From assembly GCF_037042905.1 (NCBI RefSeq), contig NC_087245.1:4962001-5026000 (forward strand): DNA of 64,000 nucleotides. Reading direction: 5' to 3'. Within the stretch, counting starts at the first letter, position 1; every line of letters begins with the position of its first letter. The notes under the pieces are model-generated. The model was given only the letters and a program-made list of their open reading frames with translations, searched no databases and was not told the origin of the DNA. This document shows positions 1 through 9,400 of this stretch, piece by piece. The position numbers and the translations under genes are program-made. The stretch comes from Lytechinus pictus. Its lineage: Eukaryota.

Positions 1-971
1 ATCGGCCTGTCTACCTGTTCTGTAGACATGAGTTATATCTTAGCAGAGTGTAACGCCATACCCGAATATTCAACCTAACACACGGGAGCAGGGGCGAAAC
101 AGGGGGTCTATTACCAGATTTTGATTGGTCTGTACGCCAACTCTGAACATTATTGTTGGCGAGCATTAGTGCAAAGCTCTATGCGGCAGTAGCGTAAATG
201 AGTTTGAGAATGAGGAGCAGAGTATGGCATGTGTGGCAAAAAGTTGCTTTAAATAAGTCACAGAGAGCGAAGCAAGCTAGAAAAACAACCTTTTCATGAG
301 AATCTAAATTTGAGACAGATTCTGACATGATATCCAGAAAATATCATCAATATCTTACTTTTCCTTTGCTTCTCTTTCCTCTATTTTTCAGTCTTTTTTT
401 TTTTTTTTGGGGGGGGGGGCGATGGCCCAAACCTTTCTATCTCTACGCCTATGCTATTATTTTGTGGTCCGGAAACCTCTTGTTCTAATGTCATTTTAAA
501 CCTTCATACAGATGGTCTCTATTTTTATCAATTTGCGGGTATAAAGTTTTTACAAAACACATCGATTCGACGCAGTTGCGTAATATACCAAATATTTTGC
601 TGGGGCACAACATACAAATGTGGAAAAAAATGCAAAACTTCCCATGCGAGCGAAGCAAGCCAGAAAAAAATTGGCTTTTTGAAATGAAATTCTAAATATG
701 TGATAGATGTTTCATTATATCCGGCAAATAAAAAAAAATGCTTTCCATTCATTACATTCCGTTGCCTCCTTTTATTTCACCTTGTAAGCCAGTGCTCATT
801 ATCATTAAAGTTAAGATCAATACAGGAAGGGTCCCTACAGGGGGCACATTATATAGGGTCTGGGGCAGCTTCTGTAAGGACATTTAAAGTATATTAGGGG
901 GATATGTCTAGCCGTTGGTTAACTTTTTTTTGTCCTGATTGCGCCCGGTATTATATAAAAATATAGTAAGC

Positions 972-1358
972 TTAAAGTGATTGGTTAACATTGGTTTGAC
1001 TTTTAAAAAAATCTGAGCTAGAAGGTCACACTTGTCACCTGTGTCTGTGATATGTTACAAAAATGAAGCCCAGAAAAAATTGCGTTCGAAAATAATTATT
1101 TAGTGCTTCAAATATTGAAATATAAAGTGACCGGAAACACCATCTTAATTTCATCCCATACACTTATGTGTACTATTTAGGCGTCTACAAGACGCCTATT
1201 TACAAAATCTGGGTTTGCCTTGTAGTTTTAGCTTTTCATTCTCAATAATAGTTGTTTTCAGGGTTTATTAGTTCTAATACATGCACTTGTACACATGTTT
1301 CATCTTGGTTTGAGAATTTTTTAAATCGGCTGCTCACAAAGTTAAACAATACCTTTAA
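972..1358. mobile_element. TTAA-flanked non-autonomous DNA transposon (Kolobok-like MITE)
   Basis: Left end ttaaagtgattggttaacattgg; right end reverse-complements to ttaaaggtattgtttaactttg. Imperfect TIRs with TTAA on both sides. Confidence 0.6.
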
Positions 1359-1692
1359 AGTAGACTTCAGACATAATGTTATTTGCCATCCATCATTCTT
1401 CCCGTTCTTTTTTACTACTCGGCAGCCCGGTGGTATTTTTAGTTCTTTTTTTTTATGTCCCTTTTCTTGATATTCCAATTATGGTTCATTTCATTGTACC
1501 TTCATTTCCCGCTTTGGTTTGCTACTTTTTCATCTTTTAATTTATTTCACTTTCTTACTAATCCTGCTAGTATTAGTATTTCGGAATGATTTGTTCTTTC
1601 TTTAATGACTGCTTGGTTATTTTTTAACCATCGATCTTAAAACTATTTGTGGAACTTGTAACTTTTTATATGTGGTCTAATTTTATTTATAG

Positions 1693-1818
1693 GCTGAAGA
1701 ACACCCACTTGAGTCTGTTCCTCAGGAAGAAAACTTGCCCGTAGACATGATAGATGCAACCTTCACTGAAGGCCTGGTGTATGCCATTGGTCCTTTCAAT
1801 TGTGGAGATATTGTTACA
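1693..1818 (+). CDS. Internal exon of an unknown gene (AEEHPLES...CGDIVT)
   Basis: Acceptor ttttatttatag, 126-nt open frame, donor gtaagt at 1819. Phase 0 matches the exon at 2663. Confidence 0.6.
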
Positions 1819-1849
1819 GTAAGTTTTATTTGGTATTGGCTAAACTTAC

Positions 1850-2035
1850 ACCGCTTTCAGTATACGGTCCAGACCAGCTCCGGGCCAAGTCTTTACATTT
1901 TTAGTTTATGAATGGGTGATTGTAAAAGTAGCGCCGCCTAGCTCTGCTATGTAGGTACTGAACGCTAATTGTGCGGCGAACTATTTTAATGCGAGCCTGG
2001 TGTAGACCAAAAAATACAGAGTTACTGAAAACGGT
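1850..2035. mobile_element. Small MITE-like inverted-repeat element in an intron
   Basis: accgctttcagta at 1850 pairs with tactgaaaacggt ending at 2035. Confidence 0.35.
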
Positions 2036-2662
2036 TTTAGATACGGGAAATTAATGCTAACAAGTCATGTCCTATTGTGTGTGAAAGGCGTGCCCAGGTA
2101 GGCCGACTCATAATTCAATTTTCAGCGCATTTAACTATTGTGTGAATAAAAGAAAGGCAAAAGTCAAGCTTAAAAAAGTACACACTACGTTGCCATGGAA
2201 ACCCTATATTCATGCAACATGTCATTTTCTTATGCGTAAATAAAACGTACAATATACTGTACTTGCATGAAATACTACATTTTCTCTTAATTCTATAACT
2301 GGACTTGGGTCTATCTCAATCCATTGGATTTGGAAATGAGTTGTAAAGGATCCAAATTGACTCAATTACAAGATAATAGTAAGGTAATCGATCGTTGACG
2401 AATATATTTTGCCCAAAAAATGTCCTCATTGATTCCTTATTACCGTCATATTATTTTCCTAAACACGTCAGATATAACAAACATGATTGTTTTGTTAGTA
2501 ACGAACATCAATATTATAATTTACTATCCATGCAAACTTTCACTCTCATTTGTGAAGGACGTCTTATTCAAAGTATATGCCTATAAGCCTACCGTACGCT
2601 AATCAATAAAAAAAAAACGAATAACACGATTGTTTATGGCTTACACATTTTATTTTTTTCAG

Positions 2663-3265
2663 GTGACAGTCATGAACATTCAACAAGCCTTAATCAGAGA
2701 GCTCAACATCTATACGGATTCGGCAGTTCTTTCTCCCATAATCGATGATCAACTCAGTGATGATATCCTCATTACTCTACCCTTAAATAAGGTCTCAACT
2801 TTAACGGTGAGAAATAAGGGGATGATAAGAAAAGAAGGTGCAAGAATGAAAGAGAATGCCTATAGAGCAACGTATATTCAACTTAACGGTAAGGAGTACA
2901 GGGACAGGTTTTTCAAAAACCAAAGGAAATATGCCATCCTTTCTGCAATCACCAAAACGTTCAAAGGGCGAATGTCTCAGAGGACATTTGAATTAGGGCC
3001 CATGATTCCAGGAATAGATGACATATTACTACCGTTGTTGGAAAGGTCTGTAACATATAGTTACAGAAAGTCCAACATACAAATTCTAGACCGATTCCTA
3101 GGCAACAAATGGGACACAGTTTTCTCTGGTGGGTCGACCAGATTCGTCACCTGTATAAGATTTCATGTTACAAAAGATAGTCAGCTCACTGGTATTGTAA
3201 AGGTAGGCGAATATCCAGGCACAGTTTCTTGTAGGGAAACCATAAAGAATTATATAAAAAGTTAG
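2663..3265 (+). CDS. Terminal exon of an unknown protein, possibly an accessory gene of the adjacent transposon
   Basis: Acceptor tatttttttcag at 2662, then 200 open codons (VTVMNIQQ...KNYIKS*) with globular-looking composition. No family recognised. Confidence 0.6.
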   Translation: MTVMNIQQALIRELNIYTDSAVLSPIIDDQLSDDILITLPLNKVSTLTVRNKGMIRKEGARMKENAYRATYIQLNGKEYRDRFFKNQRKYAILSAITKTFKGRMSQRTFELGPMIPGIDDILLPLLERSVTYSYRKSNIQILDRFLGNKWDTVFSGGSTRFVTCIRFHVTKDSQLTGIVKVGEYPGTVSCRETIKNYIKS

Positions 3266-5126
3266 AACAGCAAGCAATGTACATTCCTAGTGAGATTGTA
3301 ACCCATCCGAATTGTAAGCAATCATGATAACAAGCATAAAGTGTTGTAGTTACAAAAGCATGAAAGGAAATTTTTGAGGAAAAGCTAACTAGGATTTAAC
3401 GAGACCTAGGTTTTGATTTATTCAAATTCAACGTAACATTTTCATGCGTCTGTAACACTTTGGATATACTGTATATCTAACAACTTGAGGATTTTCATTA
3501 GAGATAATAAACAACACTCCGTTTGAACCAAGTTGGATTACTTCTGAAGAAAACATCCAAGCGTGATCTGAATCTGATTCTTTTTGAGCGGTTACGATGT
3601 GAAAATTTATGATGAAATAATTTTTGCAATTAGAATCAGCATTGACTTTTATCGAGCATGTAGGCCTATTGGCGCTTTGTGGTGTGAGACCAAGGGAAAA
3701 GTGAAAACATCTGGGTTTTTTTTCACAGCTACTCTTGCCATGCATGTTTCAGGTCATCATGGTCATAATAAAACTTTGTCATTCACATTTGTTAAAAGAG
3801 TTAGGGTCTACTGCAATATTCACCTTGCGAAACGCGGAGATTTCATCCAAATAAATATCATTGAAAAGAAGTTAATGAATTTTCTTTGGTTCTTGGGGGA
3901 AAACCCTTGAATAACCATCATGACCATCCTAGTAAATTAATGTTATAAAATAACATGTGGCATGTATATTGCTAATGAAATATTCATGAATACATGAGTG
4001 GAATTGGAATGTTAAAGGCTGGGGAAGTTTCACATACTTATGGCTTTCAACCCAGTAATCGGCTATCAGTAGATGAGAGGTTCAAATCTTGCTCGTTCCT
4101 AGACTTTTTTTTTTTACTTATCCAACAGATTGATCAATGCGATCTTATTTACTGGGTTGTAAGCCATAAATATTAACAATATTTTGAATGATTTTTTTAC
4201 TAAAATAATGAAAATCTGTGAAATGTCAAAACTTTGTTTCTTCATGTCCGATTTTGATCAAATCTTAAGTATTTTGTAAGTGTGATTTTCAAGTCACATT
4301 ATTTTTCATCCTGGAGTACCCGTTTATTTTTCATTTGTGTTGGTTGTCATGGTTGTTCAGATATAAAGTTGAATATTCGACTCTGATGAAAATCGCTCGT
4401 TGATCAGTCGTTAATTTGCTTGTTTTAGTTATAACAGTCATGACAGTTATAACGATTGCGTGGTATAGTCTTCCAATTTACCAAACTGCAAAAATATCGT
4501 ACCAGTTCATGCATCAATTCACAATTCTAGCTGCTCTAAATCAAGTAATAATTTCTGGTTTACATACTCGAAGGCATTATTACCGCTGCCAAGTCCCAAA
4601 TGTTGTCTGGAATCGGTTTGATTGTTAAACAAAATTGTCTAAATTTGCCCAATTTAAGTATTAGTCGTATATCGGAATAGGAATATATAGGAATACAAAT
4701 TGAATTTCGTATTGATTTTGATGTTTACGAATGTTTTTTTTTTTTTGTATTTTACTGTTTTCAAATGTGTACACCATTTTTCATTGTCTTTTATACCTAT
4801 GTCCCCTCGCCTCGATATCACAGCTTTTGTATGAAACGTCCATAGATTTATTGTATAAGTAACACTGCAATCTTATGTATTCCCTATAAATTGATCATTG
4901 TGGTGCAAAGCAAGATAGCTTTCTTTCCTTTCTAATAGCATTTTCACACGAGAGAAAAGCAAAGAGATTGAATCTTCTGTCTCTGAGTAAACCAAAATTA
5001 TCAGTTATCATGATTATTTGAGATGTGTATACAAGTTCGTTAGGTGTGCATGTAAATGTATAGCCGTTTCATGATTTACGCTTTGTTGGCTGCTTTGATT
5101 TATTTTCCTTCTTTATTTTCCTGCCT

Positions 5127-6482
5127 ATGCCAAATTATATTGAGATGCTTTATTTTAAGAATGCCCTTCTTTGTAATGAACACTACCATGGTGCTCAAAG
5201 AGCAACTTGCAGTATAGACACTCTTGCTGAGCTTTACTACTTTGGAATCTACCCACATGATGATAATGACAGTGGAGGAAATGAGCTTTTGGCTCAGCTT
5301 ATTAAACTATGTAACTTACGTGACGAATATGGTCCCAGTTGCAAAGTGCGAGAAGAGCTTTGGGATTTCCTTGTTAAAAAGATACCTAGCTTTTACCCGA
5401 AAGGAACATCTCACGCTGAAATAATGCAAGCATTTGATTATTTTCAGGATAGTTCCTGTAAGTTCATTGTACAATACACGGGACAGAGCACATGCCTTTC
5501 TTGTAAGCATTCCTCAAATGATAAAGTAGCCCTAGATCCTGTTCACTTGTTTGACCATGGAGTGAACTCCTCACATTTTGGAAATGTAGGTAAAGGATTG
5601 GAGTTTATTATGGAGAGGAATGCTGTATATAAGGGCAAAATAACAAAATGTTTGACTTGTCATAATCCAGGTATGACAGATTTCATTATAACTGAGACCA
5701 AAATGCCTAAATTCCTTCTTGTCCAGATGATTTTGGACCAAAATTCGAAAAATCGCCAAACACCACAACCTGTCATAAACGAAGAAATGATCGTTAATGG
5801 CTTCCGATATGAACTGCAAGGAGCTGTCCAGGCAACTCCGGGACATTTTTATGCAGTCGTGAAAAGGGGTGGGAACTTTCTTGTCATAGATGACATGAAA
5901 ACATGCATCAATATTTATAACTCATTTGCTGCTGCAGTTACCAGACAAAGGGTACTCAATGACAAGCGGTCATTGGTTGTCAATGATAAACATGATGGGG
6001 TACATGTTCTCCTCTTTGTCAAAAGAGATCATAGTACCTCAACTAATTCTAACAACTCAGCAAGCATGGCAAGTAGAAGTGGTGGACCATGTACCAGCCA
6101 GAAACTTGGTATGAATGTTCCTCCGCAACAAGAGGTTGAAAGATCTGATTCTAAATGGGACAATGGTCCACCGCCTGGTTTATTCAGGCAATCCCCTTTG
6201 CCACGAAAATCATGCAGTCCAGCAGTCCATCCGACAGGCTCTGAGATCGATGCTTGCGGTTCGGATTGGATCACACCCCAAAAGTGGCGAAAGAAGAGAC
6301 TTTTGTTTGGTCACAGTCCACCTAAGAGAGGAAAGTCGAGTTCACCAAAATCAAGAACACCATTAGCAGAAAAACCACTTGAAAATCACAAGTCACCCTC
6401 TAGTCATTCAGGGAAACCCCCAACTGAAGAAATATCGGACTCAAGTTCTTGTATTACCTCTTCTATATACAAAACTGTGTAA
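5127..6482 (+). CDS. USP/peptidase C19-like cysteine protease domain plus Ser/Pro-rich tail; probable N-terminal part of the transposase polyprotein
   Basis: 451-aa ORF. Cys box FKN...ATCSIDT (C28), two CxxC zinc knuckles (C123/C126, C175/C178), 'MPKFLLVQ' strand, His box YELQGAVQATPGHFYAVVK...LVIDD (H240, D255/D256). Confidence 0.7.
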   Translation: MPNYIEMLYFKNALLCNEHYHGAQRATCSIDTLAELYYFGIYPHDDNDSGGNELLAQLIKLCNLRDEYGPSCKVREELWDFLVKKIPSFYPKGTSHAEIMQAFDYFQDSSCKFIVQYTGQSTCLSCKHSSNDKVALDPVHLFDHGVNSSHFGNVGKGLEFIMERNAVYKGKITKCLTCHNPGMTDFIITETKMPKFLLVQMILDQNSKNRQTPQPVINEEMIVNGFRYELQGAVQATPGHFYAVVKRGGNFLVIDDMKTCINIYNSFAAAVTRQRVLNDKRSLVVNDKHDGVHVLLFVKRDHSTSTNSNNSASMASRSGGPCTSQKLGMNVPPQQEVERSDSKWDNGPPPGLFRQSPLPRKSCSPAVHPTGSEIDACGSDWITPQKWRKKRLLFGHSPPKRGKSSSPKSRTPLAEKPLENHKSPSSHSGKPPTEEISDSSSCITSSIYKTV

Positions 6483-9400
6483 AGATTTCACTGCTTCAGA
6501 TACCCCTCCGACCAAACACAATTCACCATTGAGTGCCAGAGATACATTTCAAGCTAAAATTGGTCCAGCCTCCACCTTTTCTAGTACTCCTCTTACAAAA
6601 TTTGTGTACGATTATTCAGGAACACCCATGACTAAATCAATTCCCTTAAGTTCAAGTACACCCATGAGTAGATCCCGATCACCCTCTAGCATGTCTAGAG
6701 CGTCAGGTTCCCCGCCACCTGAAATAGGTTCATTCTCCAATGCTTCATATTCACCAGTTAATAAGTATGTCTATGAAGATATCAACAGGTCTACAGATTG
6801 CGTCGCACCGAAAACAAAGAAGAGGCTCTTGTTCGATGATCATATTCAATTGAAGAAGAGACAAACCGATTCACTGTCCGCTAAGTTCGATTTATCCCCC
6901 ATTGGTTCAGATTATTCTTTTCAGTCACCCAAACCCGAATCGTCTTCCAGTGCTTCAGATACACCTTTGAATAATCCAAGTTTTTCCTTTGGTACTGCAA
7001 GTACATCCCTTGGCGATCATTCATCAGCCAGTGCTGATGTTACACCTAAGAATAAATCAAGTTCACCAGCCTCTGACTTTTCGTCTACAAAGAATTGTAA
7101 CACTACATGTACATCCACTGAATCAGATACATGTAATCCGTCAGATGAGACCATAGCAACTCAAAAACAATATAAAGCTGAATCTGAGAATACTGGAGAC
7201 AAATCTTTTATCAAATTAATTCGGGGTATCAATAAATATTCTAAACACTTTACAAACATTCTGGGTCATAGCATCGCATATACAATCAATGATGCAGATC
7301 TATACATTTCTTGTGATGTACTCAAAGTAGCTGGGGTATATTTGAAAGCTGGATATCGTAAAATTGACAAGCTCTTATCAGAAGAGTATACTGGCGAAAA
7401 GGCAACCTTTCTAGTTGAGTGGAAGAAGAGGACATTCATTCTAAAAGAAGCCCTCCTGATAGTATTACACAAACATCATTATGAAAAACAGAGAAAGCAA
7501 CTTGTCATAGACCATATAACAAATTTGAACCCAGGACTGGATTTTGAGAACATTCCAGATAAATGTAATGATATTGAAAGCGTCAAAGATGACACATCAA
7601 TAAAGAATGAAAATGATAACAGAAAGGAAAATTGTCATAATGGCATTCAGTGCCCATCCAATGCCCATGCTTATTTTACCTTGTTTAGTACGAAGATACC
7701 TTGCTTTTCCACAGAAAGTAACATTTACCTAGAGGTAGAACCAATATTCAAGAATGTTGCAATCCATTACCATATTAAGAAAAATAGCTGGAAATATGTG
7801 GACAAGTGTCTAACCAAACATGATATTGATGTTAAAATTGCTTTTTGTAAGAGAAGATGCCACATCAGTTTTGAAGCACTTGTTGTACTGTTGGAGAAGT
7901 TCAGACCGGGTGATGGTGAAAACAAGAAAAGAGTGGTGAAAGAACTTACACACCAGCTCTATATACTATCGCTTTTGGGATTAGATAAAAAGAAAGAAAA
8001 AATGCATTGGGCAGAGTCTTCTTTGAATGACCCCGAAACAAGGAAACATGTGCTTGATCAATTGGCAAAACAGAAATTGACGAAAGATGAGATTGACCAA
8101 GTACTTAAGACTACTCAAGCATCCAAGACTAAGTCAAAATCTTCAAATAAAATGTCTATTACAGAAAATGTGTATGAAATCTATAGATCTTCACATCCTG
8201 TTACAGAAGAGGATCTCATCTATATGAGTGATAATTATAGTGGTTCGCGGCTTCTAAACCAATTTCGGAAGAAAATCCCTGGGATACTGCCTAGTTATTC
8301 AAAAGAAAAAGAAGCAAGGCAGAATTATGTTAAAAGTTTTGGCGCTATCCTCAATCCACGTCGTACCGCTACTGGATGGTTCATTGATCCATGTCGGTTA
8401 TTAGAAATGTTGACATATAAATACCCCTTTCTCACAAGCAAATTATCTGTCAGACTTTGGGGAGACGGGAGAGAGATTGGCGGCCGCCAAAGCACATTCA
8501 TGGTTCTCTCAATTTTGAATAATGATCTTTATCTGCATGATATCTTGTTCCAAAGCCCAAATCACTTATATCCATTTACAATTTTCTATGAGAGTGATTC
8601 TCGTGATAATTTAGAAGAGAACTTATCATCTATCAACATTTGCAAATCGTTGGAAAAATTTTGTGATCCATCGAATATATATTTGTGTGGTGATGAGATG
8701 TTCTTGATAAAGATTCTAGATGGCTCTGGAATATTAAGTCCAACATCAGAAAGAGGCTGGAACCTGTATCATGCTTGCATGAAGGAAGATAAAAAAGAAG
8801 TGGCAGCGAATGGAATAAGAACGGATAGAGAAGTCAAAATCGACAGGAAGTTTCCCGAATCACTCGTACAAGTCCCTTTGAGTAATGTTGTATTTGACCC
8901 TATGCATGGTTTTACTAGGATTGTAGAAAAGCTCCTGAAATTGGAAGTAGAAAAAATTTTATTTGAAGGGAATAAAGAAGAACAGAAATCTGGATCGAGT
9001 TCAAAGAAAATTCTGATTGAAAACTTAGTGACCAATATAAACAACAGGGGTGTGCGCCAGGGAAACTTTCAGATTCATTTTGACAAAAGTGGTCGCCCCG
9101 AACAGATCTCTTTGAATAAGGATCATGCTTTAAGCATTGTAGGCATATTGAATAATGATTCCATTGTCCATGTTTTGCATAATGTTGTTCCAAAAAGAGA
9201 ACTGATATCAGCATCACATGAAATCGTAAGACCTTATTTTGACTCGCCAATTATTACAGAATTTGATGTTGCTGCCAAAATTTTTGACACTATATTTCAT
9301 ATGTATACTATTTTGAAAACAGAACCAAGTCCAGTTTTGCTGGCGGGCAGACCAAAAGGTTCATTAAAAGAGAATGATTATACTTGGGGATATGACGAGA

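Noticed and set aside
6411..6417. GGGAAAC slippery heptamer as a programmed -1 frameshift joining the two ORFs
   Set aside because: It is phased G GGA AAC in the downstream ORF's frame. Going from ORF1 to ORF2 needs +1, so a -1 slip here cannot fuse them.
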